64,000 bases of DNA from an uncultured cyanobacterium (GCA_963740315.1 CAVUDP010000004.1:384001-448000), one strand, 5' to 3'. Shown: positions 1-11,127, counted from the first letter of the stretch. Program-made: numbers and translations. Notes: a model not told the origin generated them from the letters alone.

Positions 1-2
1 GC

Positions 3-1085
3 GTGTTTTTAGAATGGTTGGTACGTCGTCGTCTTTCGGATTTTGAGAATGTTAAGTTTCAAGATAAAACTCAAGTGCGAGGATTATTAAGCGATAGCCA
101 AAATAATATAGTTAAGGGTATCAAGCTTTTGAATCCTGACAACCATCAAGAAGAAGAATTAATGGCTGATTTGGTTGTTGATGCTTCTGGGCGTAATTCT
201 CAAATGCCTAATTGGTTGGAGTCAATGGGTTATCAACCACCAGCAAAAACAGAGATTAATTCGTTTTTAGGATATAGTACTTGTTGGTATGAATGTCCTC
301 AAGATTTAGAAGTAGATTGGAAGGGTACAGCGGTTTTGTACAAAGCTCCTCATCATAAGCATGGAGGATTAATACTTCCTACAGAAGGTAATAGATGGGT
401 TGTAATTATAGCTGGTATTGCTAAGAATTATCCTCCTAACGATCGCGAAGGTTTTTTAGAATGTGCGCGTAATCTACGTAATCCGGTAATTTATAATGCG
501 ATTAAAAACGCTAAACCTATTTCCAAGATTTACAGTTATCGTCGTACAGAAAACTGCTGGCATCATTATGAAAAATTAGCGCATTTACCAGAAGGTTTAG
601 TAGCTGTTGGAGATGCTGTTTGTGCTTTTAATCCAATATATGGACAAGGAATGACAACTGCTGCTTTAGGAGCTTTAACTTTACAAACTTGTTTAGAAAA
701 ACAGTTTAGTAATTCCCAATTTAAAGTTGAGGGATTAACTAAAAATTATCAAAAACAGTTAGCAAAGGTATTAAAAACTCCGTGGTTAATGGCAACAAGT
801 GATGATTTCCGCTGGGAAACTACTGAGGGTGGAAAACCAGATAAAATAACTCGATTGATGCACAAATATATGGATGAAGTAATTTTATTATCGGTGCATC
901 AACCCCAAGTTTATAAAGTTTTTGCGGAAGTAATACATATGATCAAAAAACCATTCGCTTTATTTGCACCCGGTATTGTTTTTGGTGTTTTAAAACAGAT
1001 GATTAAAGCGAAATTCAATATAAATTCCCCAGATATGGCTACTGATTCAATTAATCTAGTTTCTGTAGCTGAAAATAAACATTAG
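3..1085 (+). CDS. FAD-dependent oxidoreductase/monooxygenase, 5' end outside window
   Basis: ADLVVDASGR and VGDAVCAFNPIYGQGMT flavin-binding motifs; ORF open at window edge. Confidence 0.8.
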   Translation: MFLEWLVRRRLSDFENVKFQDKTQVRGLLSDSQNNIVKGIKLLNPDNHQEEELMADLVVDASGRNSQMPNWLESMGYQPPAKTEINSFLGYSTCWYECPQDLEVDWKGTAVLYKAPHHKHGGLILPTEGNRWVVIIAGIAKNYPPNDREGFLECARNLRNPVIYNAIKNAKPISKIYSYRRTENCWHHYEKLAHLPEGLVAVGDAVCAFNPIYGQGMTTAALGALTLQTCLEKQFSNSQFKVEGLTKNYQKQLAKVLKTPWLMATSDDFRWETTEGGKPDKITRLMHKYMDEVILLSVHQPQVYKVFAEVIHMIKKPFALFAPGIVFGVLKQMIKAKFNINSPDMATDSINLVSVAENKH

Positions 1086-1102
1086 TTGCATCTAATAATC
1101 TC

Positions 1103-1942
1103 CTAAACCGCACCATATTTTTTAAACCAATATTGCAACCACAACCAACCATTTTTCGCTGCTTCTTCGTTGTAGCTGGGGCGATAATCGGCATGGAATC
1201 CGTGGGGTGCGTTGGGATAAACTATTATCTTTGTTGCTGTTTTGTTTTGTTTCAAAGCTTCTCGCATTTTTTCCACATCGCTAATAGGAATACCCTTATC
1301 TTCACCACCGTAAAGCCCTAACACTGGTGCTTTAATTAACGGTGCGATATCAATGGGATACTGCGGCTGTAACGGATTATTATCCCCCGTCAATCTTCCA
1401 TACCAAGCCACACCTGCTTTAAGTTGCGGGCTGTGTGCTGCATATAGCCAAACGATTCTACCACCCCAACAAAAGCCTGTAATACCGAGTTTATCCACAT
1501 CAGCTTTACCGGAGTTTTTAGCCCAAACTACCGTCGCATCTAAATCCGAAAGTACTTGTGTATCGGGAACTTTGGAAACAACTTTGCTGATAATCTCTTG
1601 AATATTATTTAGTTTAGAAACATCACCATAACGCGCAAATAATTGTGGTGCTACAGCCATATATCCCAACTTTGCAAAACGGCGGCAAACGTCTTGAATA
1701 TACTCATGCACGCCGAATATTTCCTGCACTACCAGCACTACTGGAAAGTTACCACCTTTAGCTGGCATAGCTCGATAAGCAGGGATTACTCCATCAGCAA
1801 CGGGAATTTTCACCTCACCCGCAATTAATCCAGAAGTTTCCGTTTTGATAACTTGAGCATAAATCGGCTGTACTGCGATCGCAAATCCTGCACTCAAGCT
1901 AGCGATAAGTAATTCCCGTCTGCCAAAGTTGTTTTGGGTCAC
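1103..1942 (-). CDS. Dienelactone hydrolase family protein, possible Tat signal
   Basis: [14 protein letters not shown] nucleophile elbow, [12 protein letters not shown]-terminal GRRELL. Confidence 0.9.
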   Translation of the reverse strand: MTQNNFGRRELLIASLSAGFAIAVQPIYAQVIKTETSGLIAGEVKIPVADGVIPAYRAMPAKGGNFPVVLVVQEIFGVHEYIQDVCRRFAKLGYMAVAPQLFARYGDVSKLNNIQEIISKVVSKVPDTQVLSDLDATVVWAKNSGKADVDKLGITGFCWGGRIVWLYAAHSPQLKAGVAWYGRLTGDNNPLQPQYPIDIAPLIKAPVLGLYGGEDKGIPISDVEKMREALKQNKTATKIIVYPNAPHGFHADYRPSYNEEAAKNGWLWLQYWFKKYGAV

Positions 1943-2010
1943 TTTATTAATTCAGTATATGGCTATAAAAAAATTGTCTCACATAAAGTATGAAAGCTAC
2001 TTGATTATTA

Positions 2011-2060
2011 ACCCGCCTTACTGCGGGTTTTGCCTGTGTAGCAGCGGTAACAAAGCGCCA
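2011..2060. repeat. REP-like hairpin element
   Basis: acccgc-cttact-gcgggt followed by tttgcctgtgtagc; related to element at 27716-27852. Confidence 0.5.
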
Positions 2061-2079
2061 GGTAATATCATACATCTTC

Positions 2080-2583
2080 TCACTTATTCTGCGCTGCAAT
2101 AAAGAAAGGTAAATCAATCTCTGGTGCCGAATAACCAAACTGAGTTAATGCCGCAGAAACTTGCCCTCGATGATGAGTTCCGTGGTTAACTACGTGACTC
2201 AAGATATTAGCAAGTTGCAACGTTTTATTACTACCTTCTGTAGTTTGATATTCAATTAGATTTCCTAATTTATCTGCATCGATTTGCATCAAAAATTCAT
2301 TCCATTTTACCGATTGATTGTTAATTTCGGTTTCAAGTTGCTTTCGATCCGAACACAATTCCTCATCTAACCCAGAAACAGTAAATGGTTGACTTATACA
2401 GCGTCCATACCAAATTTTATCTGCTAACAAACTATGATTCAAAGTTCCGTGAATGCTTTTGAAAAACAAACTGCATTCACGACGATAATCAGCTTCAGAT
2501 ACAGATTCTAAATACTCGTAAAGGCGAGAAAAAGCCCAAAAATGATATTGCGTTAAAGTGGAAAAATGTTGTTTTATATTCAT
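2080..2583 (-). CDS. DinB family protein
   Basis: SIHGTLNH and HVVNHGTHHRGQ metal-binding His motifs. Confidence 0.9.
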   Translation of the reverse strand: MNIKQHFSTLTQYHFWAFSRLYEYLESVSEADYRRECSLFFKSIHGTLNHSLLADKIWYGRCISQPFTVSGLDEELCSDRKQLETEINNQSVKWNEFLMQIDADKLGNLIEYQTTEGSNKTLQLANILSHVVNHGTHHRGQVSAALTQFGYSAPEIDLPFFIAAQNK

Positions 2584-2758
2584 GATTTAAACTAGTTTTT
2601 AGATTTCTTGACGTTTTAAATTTATTAAATATAAGTTTATCAAAATTTTACATAATACGCTCAATTATTAAGAGATTGTAAAGCTTGTTTAATTAGAATG
2701 AATGTGGTATCAGTAAAACTACTGCATTTATCGCATTTTTTTTTAAGAAAAGATTATT

Positions 2759-3484
2759 ATGAATATGAGTCGTAAATTAACATCTTTATTCGTTCTACCT
2801 TTTTTACTTTCTACAGCAATACCCGCGAAGGCTCAATCTCGGTTGCTGGATAAAAATACTGCTTTGCAAACTGTTGCAGCACGGATATTAAATGACAGTC
2901 AATATCGCAATGTGCGGATGAATTGTCTTTCTTTTGTAACGGTTGACTCTAACACATCGTTTTTCGATTTTATCGTTCATGAAAAACACGGTAATGGATG
3001 TTCTAACGTTTCCAATTCCAAACCGATATTCGAGCGTTTCCGAATTAATCGCGATACTTCCAGAGTTGAACAATTCGATAAAGTCGGTAATCGCTGGATA
3101 GCTGAAAATATAGTTCAACTGAAAAAAACAAGCGTTCCGATATTTATAGGAGATTTGCAGAAAAATCCCTCAGCATTCAATAGTTTTATGCAGGATAATA
3201 TCGGTAAAACAGTTTATTTAGAAATAGTTTTTGGTAAGACTATACCACAAGGTTATCGTTCCGCAGAAAGTGCGCCTTTCTTTGAAGTCAGCGAACAACC
3301 AAACAAGCGAAATTCAAAATTTAACACTTACTTCATGCAGCAAGCTGGAAACGGTTATAACTGGGGCAAGGTAACAAACTATGACGATAAAAATCGTAAG
3401 TTATCCGGCTTTTTTAAAGTTGGAACACCAAAGAAAATAAATGACAGATGGACTTCTTTTGATATAACGTTTATACCGCAGTAG
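2759..3484 (+). CDS. Hypothetical secreted protein
   Basis: 241 aa ORF with signal peptide ending AKA; no family recognised. Confidence 0.7.
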   Translation: MNMSRKLTSLFVLPFLLSTAIPAKAQSRLLDKNTALQTVAARILNDSQYRNVRMNCLSFVTVDSNTSFFDFIVHEKHGNGCSNVSNSKPIFERFRINRDTSRVEQFDKVGNRWIAENIVQLKKTSVPIFIGDLQKNPSAFNSFMQDNIGKTVYLEIVFGKTIPQGYRSAESAPFFEVSEQPNKRNSKFNTYFMQQAGNGYNWGKVTNYDDKNRKLSGFFKVGTPKKINDRWTSFDITFIPQ

Positions 3485-3520
3485 GAGAGAGGGGGAAGAG
3501 GGGGAAGTTAGAAATATTTT

Positions 3521-3612
3521 TGTAGTGCGTTCGCGTAGCGTGTCCTCTTAGGACAGCATCTTGCTCGCGATCGTCATCTTGCCTGCTATCCTCATCTTGC
3601 TCGCGATGCTAG
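3521..3612. repeat. GTAG-type REP with nested 25-nt insert and catcttgc repeats
   Basis: Same family as array at 31470-31750. Confidence 0.75.
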
Positions 3613-3673
3613 TAACACAACGAATAAGTCATGTTTTCATAAAAAGAAACCGGGTTTCTTGAGGCTTGGGTTG

Positions 3674-3738
3674 AGAAGTCGGGTTTTTAGAATATGTATC
3701 TGTAATACACTTACAAATTTTCTAAAAACCCGACTTCT
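3674..3738. repeat. 19-bp perfect inverted repeat between convergent genes
   Basis: agaagtcgggtttttagaa (3674-3692) and ttctaaaaacccgacttct (3720-3738). Confidence 0.8.
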
Positions 3739-3834
3739 GACTATTAAAATTAGAGGTGCGCTATTTAAGCCGTGTGGTACTAGGTAGCGCTTGTAGTACG
3801 TTAAAACGTATTTGATAATTACATACCCGGCGGA

Positions 3835-5070
3835 TTATATACCGTTTAATAATAATAGACCTACTTGAAGTAAGCCTACCAAGAAACCTAAAATACCGCC
3901 CAAATTTACAATAGCCTGCAATTCGCTTCTCACTATTCCTTCGATCGCATTTTTTAAATCGGCGGGTGATGTTGATTTGATTCTATCGATAATTACTTGG
4001 TCAATTGATAAAATTGGAATTGTTTGAGCAACGATTTTTTCTAAATCTTTTTCTAAATAGCGCTCTAATAACAAAGCTAATTCTTTACTGACTACTTCTA
4101 AGGATGAATTCATTACTTTTGAGTTACTCAAACGGTTTAATAGTAAACTCGCTATTTTCTCCCAATCTAAGGAGTTACTGAAACCTTCTAGTAATTCTCC
4201 ACCACGAGTTTGTATGTAGTGACGAACGCTATCTCCCGTGGTTTTCCGCAATTGTCGTACCGTACCCATTGGTAAGTTTTGTAAGGAGACGTTTTGCAAA
4301 ATTTTGCGAATGCGATCGCGTACTTGTAAGTCTTGAGTTAATTCTGTGATGCGGGAGTTGGTTGCATCTTTTTCATCTAAGCAATAGGTACGCAAACGAG
4401 TTAAGCTATTGCGTAAACCGAAGAGATTGGCTACTACCCAGTATGTACCGCTGGTTCTTTCGCGGAAACTTTCGTCGATAGTTTGAATTGTGCGGTCTGT
4501 GAGAAAATCAATTATGGCTAAGCGAATGGTATCTGCTGGTAAAACAACTTGCAGCAACCAGTCAGCTAAACGGAAAGCTTGAACGTCAGTAAGTTGGAAT
4601 TCTAGTAATATTTGGTCAAATATTTGGTCTATTTGTACTTCTAAAAAATCGTCTTTTCGCGCTAAAACTTTTAATAAACGGGGTAATGATTCTCCAACCA
4701 AATCTTTGAGAATTCCTGCTAAGATTCGAGTAGTTTTTTGCTCTTTATCATCTTTAATTTGGTCGATCGCCATTTGCAGCAACCACAGAATTCCTGCTTC
4801 TACTCGTTCTCTTTCTAACAAGCGTCGCGCCAGATTCTGTAATTCTTCTGGTGTCAGCAGCGACTGCATTATAGTTTTAGAAACGTTTTTAGCTAAACGC
4901 TCCTGATTGCGGGGTATTAATCCGGGAGTGAATGGCAGCTTTTTTCCGCCGATATAAATGGCTTGGTAAGGTTGGAATAACATTTTGATGGCTAAATCAT
5001 TAGTGAAATAGCCGATAATTCCACCTGCTACGGGGGGAGTAATATATAACCAGAGATTAGACAAATCCAC
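3835..5070 (-). CDS. DUF445 family membrane protein
   Basis: [24 protein letters not shown]-terminal [17 protein letters not shown]. Confidence 0.9.
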   Translation of the reverse strand: MDLSNLWLYITPPVAGGIIGYFTNDLAIKMLFQPYQAIYIGGKKLPFTPGLIPRNQERLAKNVSKTIMQSLLTPEELQNLARRLLERERVEAGILWLLQMAIDQIKDDKEQKTTRILAGILKDLVGESLPRLLKVLARKDDFLEVQIDQIFDQILLEFQLTDVQAFRLADWLLQVVLPADTIRLAIIDFLTDRTIQTIDESFRERTSGTYWVVANLFGLRNSLTRLRTYCLDEKDATNSRITELTQDLQVRDRIRKILQNVSLQNLPMGTVRQLRKTTGDSVRHYIQTRGGELLEGFSNSLDWEKIASLLLNRLSNSKVMNSSLEVVSKELALLLERYLEKDLEKIVAQTIPILSIDQVIIDRIKSTSPADLKNAIEGIVRSELQAIVNLGGILGFLVGLLQVGLLLLNGI

Positions 5071-5073
5071 GAT

Positions 5074-5140
5074 AGGAGTTATGAGTTAAGAGTTAGGAGT
5101 TAAGAGTTAGGAGTTAGGAGTTAGGAGTTGAGAGTTATGA
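5074..5140. repeat. STRR heptamer tract (GGAGTTA variants)
   Basis: Tandem heptamers read directly; reverse-oriented tract at about 5335-5382. Confidence 0.85.
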
Positions 5141-5385
5141 ATAAATAAGCAGTTTTAGTAACTATGTAAACTATTAAGCATAAAAAATAGATTTACTTAA
5201 ATATAAGGGAAATTTACATCGTGTAATTATTAGATGGCGATTGAATTTTTAAGAATTCAGAGATTTCCGAAAAGAATTTATTAAAGAAAAACGAATTACA
5301 TATTCTAATTTGGAATTTCCAGTTATGCAGCACTGATAACTATTAACTGATAACTCTTAACTCCTCACTCCTAACTCCTCACTTT

Positions 5386-6075
5386 TCAGCTTTTGGTTAC
5401 TACCAGCACTCCCATCATACCGTTTGCGATGGGATAGTGTACGGTATTTGCAAAACCAACTGCGCGTGCTATGTCGATCTGCTCTCTACCGTTAGGGAAG
5501 CGTTCTAAACTGGGATTAATATAGGCGTATTCTTCTGTTAAACCCATTTGACTGGCTGCGGGAACCACCAGATTATCTAAATACCATTGCACAAAGGTAC
5601 GCATTACAGTATTTTCGGGACGATGAAAGTCCAAAATTGCACAGGTTGCTCCCGTCTTTAAAACTCGATGTAATTCCTGCAAACAGCGGGGAATATCTGT
5701 AACATTTCTTAATCCATAGCCCATTGTGGCGGCATCAAATAGATTATCGTCGAAAGGTAATTCTAGTACATCAGCTTCTACCCAAGTAATAGAGGGGGTA
5801 GGATAACAAGTTTGGCTGCGTAGATGGGCAACTTCAAGCAACTCCGAAGAAAAATCTACAGCTTGTACTTTCCCGCTTGCTCCGACTCTACGCGCCAAAC
5901 GAAAAGCCAAATCGCCACTACCGCAACATAAATCCAAGACTTTATCTCCCGTCTTGGCTGCGCTCCATTTTACCGTCATTTCCTTCCATATCCGGTGTTG
6001 TCCGAAACTCAAGCGATCGTTTAATTGGTCGTAAACAGGCGCAATGCGGTTAAAAATGGAGCGAATTTCAGACAT
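5386..6075 (-). CDS. menG: 2-phytyl-1,4-naphthoquinone methyltransferase (UbiE/MenG family)
   Basis: FNRIAPVYDQLND, LDLCCGSGD SAM motif, GYGLRNV; start placed at ATG 6075. Confidence 0.9.
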   Translation of the reverse strand: MSEIRSIFNRIAPVYDQLNDRLSFGQHRIWKEMTVKWSAAKTGDKVLDLCCGSGDLAFRLARRVGASGKVQAVDFSSELLEVAHLRSQTCYPTPSITWVEADVLELPFDDNLFDAATMGYGLRNVTDIPRCLQELHRVLKTGATCAILDFHRPENTVMRTFVQWYLDNLVVPAASQMGLTEEYAYINPSLERFPNGREQIDIARAVGFANTVHYPIANGMMGVLVVTKS

Positions 6076-6262
6076 ATCAGTTAACAATTATCAATTATCA
6101 ATTATCAATTATCAGTTATTTAGAGGTCATTTATAAAGCGATCGCCAAGACTTAAAACCGGGAATAATCAATTGCTTGTCAAATATCCTCGTACTTAGTT
6201 GACAAGAAGCCCGGTTTGTCCAACTATAAAAGGCTCGCTGTTGATTGATAATTGTTAGTTGT

Positions 6263-7201
6263 TTATTGATAACTATTAAGTACAAGCGATAATAATTGTG
6301 CGCTCAGGTGAATCAGCTTGATTTCATCTTCCCGTAAAGAACAGGTTTTGTTCCACTGTAGCGATAGTACAGCGCTAACTCGATCGCCGCGAACAATAGG
6401 GACAACTAAATGCCCCACCGTATTTGTATCTGAATAATGAGCGACTTCTTTGAGTTGCTCGTCTTTAGCTACATTTACGCAAACTTTCATATTTTTGGTT
6501 GTAATAGCTTCTTTAATTAAAGGATCGCTATCTAACCAGTTTTTCAATATTCCGTCTTGACTGAAAGTACCGCAAGTAGAAGTTAAACTCTCGTTTTCTA
6601 CTAATTGCAGAATACAGCCATCAGCAGTAAAAGTTTCTCCATAGATTGCGGCAATTGGTGCCAAACTTTCTTCTTTACTAGAAACAGTTTGCGTCAGCTG
6701 TATCGATGAAATTAATAACCCCATTTGCGAATTTGCACGGCGTAATTCTTCGGTACGTTGCTTGAGCAAATCGTAAGTTTCAGCAGCGCGTTGGACGACT
6801 CCCTTAAGTTCTTCGGGGTCCCAAGGCTTGGTAATATATCTATAAACTTGTCCGGCATTAATAGCATCTACAAGGTCTTCGATATCGGTAAAACCAGTCA
6901 AAATGATTCTTACCGTATCGGGAAATTGAGGTAAAGTTTTGCTGAGAAATTCAGTTCCCTTCATCTCCGGCATTCTTTGATCCGAGATAATTACAGCAAC
7001 TTCTCCTTCTTCCGCCAAAACTTGTAAAGCACTACTTCCGCTATCTGCTTTTAAAACTTGAAAGTCACGGCGAAAAGTTCGATACAACAAATCCAGATTA
7101 TCCGGTTCGTCGTCTACTACTAAGATTTTTTGTTTTTTACGTTTTTCTGAAGTCATCAATTTACTAGGAATATTATTTAATTCGGCTGGGAGGTTATTCA
7201 T
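6263..7201 (-). CDS. Response regulator (receiver plus GAF-like domain)
   Basis: ILVVDDE, ISDQRMP, YITKPW; C-terminal HLVVPIV..AVLSLQ. Confidence 0.9.
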   Translation of the reverse strand: MNNLPAELNNIPSKLMTSEKRKKQKILVVDDEPDNLDLLYRTFRRDFQVLKADSGSSALQVLAEEGEVAVIISDQRMPEMKGTEFLSKTLPQFPDTVRIILTGFTDIEDLVDAINAGQVYRYITKPWDPEELKGVVQRAAETYDLLKQRTEELRRANSQMGLLISSIQLTQTVSSKEESLAPIAAIYGETFTADGCILQLVENESLTSTCGTFSQDGILKNWLDSDPLIKEAITTKNMKVCVNVAKDEQLKEVAHYSDTNTVGHLVVPIVRGDRVSAVLSLQWNKTCSLREDEIKLIHLSAQLLSLVLNSYQ

Positions 7202-7572
7202 TAAATTTATTCTTTTACATCATATGTGCTTTTTTATAGTAGATACAAAAATAAATCCTGAATTGTTGTTTTTCTAAAAATGCCTTTATGACTGACATCG
7301 AAGCAGTATTCTCCGATAAAAACTGGTTAATATTATCCGAGAAAATACGGTATTAAAATTAGCCTCGTATGCTGGATTATTCTTTGATAACTCATAATTT
7401 TAGCTAGCGGTTGAGTATTCACCTCAAGACTTGAGTTTATTTTTTTAACTTTGGGCAAAATATTCTTTAACAATTCTGTAACTATATATTTTGTCTGGGC
7501 ACATTTATTTACCGTTAGGGCATAAAATAATGTTTATTACTGCGCGTTTTCCTCAGTTGTCAGAGACTCCAA

Positions 7573-8661
7573 ATGACAGATTTACCACCCAACCCTCAAA
7601 ATGCTGAAAATCAACCAAACCAAGAACTATCTCAAGAATTATTGCGAAAACTAAGGCAAAAAGAAGGAAACTGGGTGGAATGGGGACAAGCTTGTGCTTA
7701 TCTACAAAAATCTGGTTATAATCCTCAAGATATTTTTGAAGCCACGGGTTTTGAACCAATTCAGCAAAATCAAATTATTGTTGGTTCTCAAGTTTATAAT
7801 TCCTTAGAAAAAGGTGGTGCTTCGGAGGAAGCAAAATCCCATTACTCGCAACGAGGAAGCGATTTACTGTACGAGTTTCGGATGCTTACTCAAGAAGAAC
7901 GTGCGGGTGCTGCCGAGCTTGCTTTTGAGCATAAAACTGATGCAGATGAAGTCAAAGAAATAGCCAGAGCAATCAAAGATTATTCTCGTTTGCGTAATTT
8001 ACCTGAAGGGTTTTCCGCACATCCGGGGGATGCGGTGGCTTATCAAACTTGGAAACAAGCCAGACAAAAATCAGATTTACAAATGCGATCGCGCTTTATC
8101 GCCAAGGGTTTAAAGTTCGCTCATACGGATACGGCGCGGAAAAAAATCGAACAGCTATTAACTGACTTTACAGTTGTTCCCCAACGTCCCGCACCGCTGT
8201 TACCCTTTTACCGACTGGAATCCGAAGCGGAAATGTCTCGCGTGGTTCCCGTGGTAGGAGAGTTACCGCTGACACCAGATGATTTAAAAGCGGTTCCGAT
8301 CGTGGAAGAAGAAGGACCATTTAACATGGTGAAATTTGAGGGTATTGGCGCGTGGGTACCCTTACCCGGTTGGCAAGTAGTGTTGAATGCCAAAGATCCG
8401 GTAGTAATATTGTGTCAAAATCATAAGTTTCCCAACGAAGAGCAGAATATTGCACAGCAAGTGATGGTAGCCGTAGATCGTTCTCAAAGAAAATGGGATG
8501 ATGGCGGTTATTTCGTAGTCAATAATTCCGGAGAATTAGATTTTCAATGGTTTGAAACCGAACCAGAAGTAGAAATATTAGGAAGATTGATTGTCATCGT
8601 CAAGCCGAAGCGGATTTTGGACGAAGAATTTACCAAAGATTCTTGGCAGATTGATGAGTAG
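7573..8661 (+). CDS. raf1: RuBisCO accumulation factor 1
   Basis: LRQKEGNWVEWG, IFEATGFEPIQQNQ, C-terminal WQIDE. Confidence 0.95.
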   Translation: MTDLPPNPQNAENQPNQELSQELLRKLRQKEGNWVEWGQACAYLQKSGYNPQDIFEATGFEPIQQNQIIVGSQVYNSLEKGGASEEAKSHYSQRGSDLLYEFRMLTQEERAGAAELAFEHKTDADEVKEIARAIKDYSRLRNLPEGFSAHPGDAVAYQTWKQARQKSDLQMRSRFIAKGLKFAHTDTARKKIEQLLTDFTVVPQRPAPLLPFYRLESEAEMSRVVPVVGELPLTPDDLKAVPIVEEEGPFNMVKFEGIGAWVPLPGWQVVLNAKDPVVILCQNHKFPNEEQNIAQQVMVAVDRSQRKWDDGGYFVVNNSGELDFQWFETEPEVEILGRLIVIVKPKRILDEEFTKDSWQIDE

Positions 8662-8947
8662 TTAGGAGTACTTCGACAAGTCTTACAGTGAGCTACGTCG
8701 AACTGCTCAGTAACCTTTAGGAATTAGGAGTTAGGAGTTAGGAATTAGGAATTAAAAGTTACTTTCTCCTTGTCTCCCCATCTCCCCATCCCCCCATCTC
8801 CCCCTCTCCCCATCTCCCCATCTCCCCATCTCCCCATCTCCCCATCCCCCCATCTCCCCCTCTCCCCATCTCCCCATCTCCCCATCTCCCCATCTCCCCA
8901 TCCCCCCATCTCCCCCTCTCCCCATCTCCCCCTCTCCCTATCTCCCA
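8661..8947. repeat. Composite repeat: interrupted cttcgacaagctcag unit, heptamer tract, octamer CCCCATCT tract
   Basis: Read directly between convergent raf1 and kinase genes. Confidence 0.9.
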
Positions 8948-9966
8948 TACTTCCGGGGAAGCGTAATTACAAACTCCGTACCAATTCCGGGGGTGGAATG
9001 ACATTCCAATTTACCCTTGTGTTTGTCAACAATAATTTGATAGCTTGTGGATAATCCCAAACCCGTTCCTTTGCCGACGGGTTTAGTTGTAAAAAAGGGA
9101 TTAAATATTTTTTTCTGGATTTCTTTTGTTATTCCCATGCCATTGTCAGCAATTTTTATTAATATCAAGTCTTCTCTAGTTTCAGTGCTGATTTTGATTT
9201 GAGGATTTGATGATTCTTCCAAAGCATCAATGGCATTAATAATAATATTCATAAATACTTGATTCAATTGTCTGGCGTAGCATTCCACGCGGGGAAGATT
9301 GCCGTATTCTGTAATTATTTGAATTTCTGAATGGTTTGATGCTTTAAGTTTGTTTTGTAAAATCATTAAAGTGCTATCTAAACCATCTTGAATGTCAACT
9401 TTTTTGATTTCTGATTCATCTAGATGAGAAAAGTTGCGTAAAGATAAAACAATTTTTTCGATGCGTTCGGCACCAACTCTCATAGAATTTAAAAGTTTAG
9501 GAAAATCTTCTTTAATAAAATCAAGTTCTGCGGCTTGGATTTCTGCTTGTAGTGCAGGAGTAGGGTTTGGAGAATATTTCTGATAAGATTCTAATAAATT
9601 AAATAAATCTTCAACGTATTCTTCAACGTGAGTGAGATTGCCATAAATGAAGCTGATAGGGTTGTTGATTTCGTGAGCAACACCAGCAACCATTACTCCT
9701 AAAGCAGACATTTTTTCAGATTCCACTAATTGCGCTTGCATTGCTTGTAAATTTTGCAAAGCTTGCTCTAAGTCTTGACTACGCTGTTCTACAATTTCTT
9801 TTGATTCCCCTAATTCAAAGATCACTTTTTTAAGCAATAGTTCTTTTTTATCATTGCTTTCTTCTAAGAAAACCAGATTAGATTGGGAACGTTCTAACTT
9901 TTTTTGCAAAACCCGATTGGCTTTTTCTAATTCCTTGATTCTTTGCTCGTATTCTTCGGATTTCAC
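8938..9966 (-). CDS. Cytoplasmic histidine kinase with N-terminal coiled coil
   Basis: AHEINNP H-box, NQVFMN, DNGMG, FFTTKPVGKGTGLGL; no sensor domain. Confidence 0.95.
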   Translation of the reverse strand: MKSEEYEQRIKELEKANRVLQKKLERSQSNLVFLEESNDKKELLLKKVIFELGESKEIVEQRSQDLEQALQNLQAMQAQLVESEKMSALGVMVAGVAHEINNPISFIYGNLTHVEEYVEDLFNLLESYQKYSPNPTPALQAEIQAAELDFIKEDFPKLLNSMRVGAERIEKIVLSLRNFSHLDESEIKKVDIQDGLDSTLMILQNKLKASNHSEIQIITEYGNLPRVECYARQLNQVFMNIIINAIDALEESSNPQIKISTETREDLILIKIADNGMGITKEIQKKIFNPFFTTKPVGKGTGLGLSTSYQIIVDKHKGKLECHSTPGIGTEFVITLPRKYGR

Positions 9967-9972
9967 GATCGC

Positions 9973-11127
9973 CTACTCCACTCCTAGAAGTAATGTCATA
10001 AAAGTCTGGTGATGCAATCTACTGGATGTACCGTTTTCTAAAGGCGAAATTTCGCCATTGGAGTAAAAACCGCAACATGGAAAATCGTGGCTGAAAATAG
10101 TTCTAGCAAATTGATACTCTTCGTTTGTTCGGGTACCCAGCAGTTGTTGACGAGCAGTACAAGAAAAGAATATAGCAGTTTGCGGTTGAGTTCCAGGATA
10201 AGTTTCCAAAGCTTTGGTAATTGATGTTTTTGCAGCAGCTAAAATATCTTCACGACTTGCTTGAGCAATTTGCACTATAGATTGTTCGGGAATTCTGGCA
10301 AAACAATTGATCTGCTTAGTTTCGGGGTTGTACACGTGTACTGCTCGCGTATAAAAATTATTAGTTTGCGAGTCAAATACTGCTAAAGGATATTCGGGTG
10401 AAGGCAGAAGTTTATCCAAATAATTATTGTAAAAATCCAAAGCAGGTTTACGATCTATTTCATAGATAATATCTTTCTCAATTTTGGTAACTACAGCTTT
10501 TCTACTGATAGGATGCCAACCGTTTGCAACACCGTGAGAAAACAATAAGTTTCCCGAAAATAGTAGAATTGGAACCGAATCGCTCAAAACTTCGGTATTA
10601 AAAAATTGGTAGGTTTGATTAAATTGTAATTGGTCGCCAGCTAATCCACCTAAAATAGGAAAATTATCGCCGAGCGCTAGTTTCAAGCCATCTACAATCA
10701 AAGTTCCATCCGCTGTCAGACTATCGGGAGTTGCTAAACACAACTGATGAGACTTTAATTGGCTTTTAGCTTGTGCTTGTTCGACTGCTTGTTTTGTAGC
10801 TGCAACCGAATCCTTAGAAAGTCCCCTTCCGACACCCGCACGAATTTCCACCTCATCCGAACAAAACAGCATCAAAGTTAAAGAATCTTGCTCAAACTCT
10901 AATACCGAAGAAATCTCAGCATCTGAGGTACAGCCAATTAACTCAATTCCGGGAAAAGCTCGATCGATTTCTTGTAATAGAAGGGAATGCTCGAAATCAA
11001 TTGCAGCAAATAAAATTCCAGCAGCAGGGGTATCTCCGGCTAAAGTCATTTGACATTGTTCTAATACTTCTATGATGGCAGAATAGGAATCTGGATCGTT
11101 ACTGTGACCAACAACTACCTTAAACAT
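9973..11127 (-). CDS. FIST domain signal protein (NosP-like)
   Basis: LIGCTSDAEI, GGLAGD, FSCTAR, GFYSNGEISP, HHQTF. Confidence 0.9.
   Translation of the reverse strand: MFKVVVGHSNDPDSYSAIIEVLEQCQMTLAGDTPAAGILFAAIDFEHSLLLQEIDRAFPGIELIGCTSDAEISSVLEFEQDSLTLMLFCSDEVEIRAGVGRGLSKDSVAATKQAVEQAQAKSQLKSHQLCLATPDSLTADGTLIVDGLKLALGDNFPILGGLAGDQLQFNQTYQFFNTEVLSDSVPILLFSGNLLFSHGVANGWHPISRKAVVTKIEKDIIYEIDRKPALDFYNNYLDKLLPSPEYPLAVFDSQTNNFYTRAVHVYNPETKQINCFARIPEQSIVQIAQASREDILAAAKTSITKALETYPGTQPQTAIFFSCTARQQLLGTRTNEEYQFARTIFSHDFPCCGFYSNGEISPLENGTSSRLHHQTFMTLLLGVE

Noticed and set aside
8745..9054. Three short ORFs (GRWGDGEM / PHLPISPS repeats)
   Set aside because: Translations of the octamer repeat.
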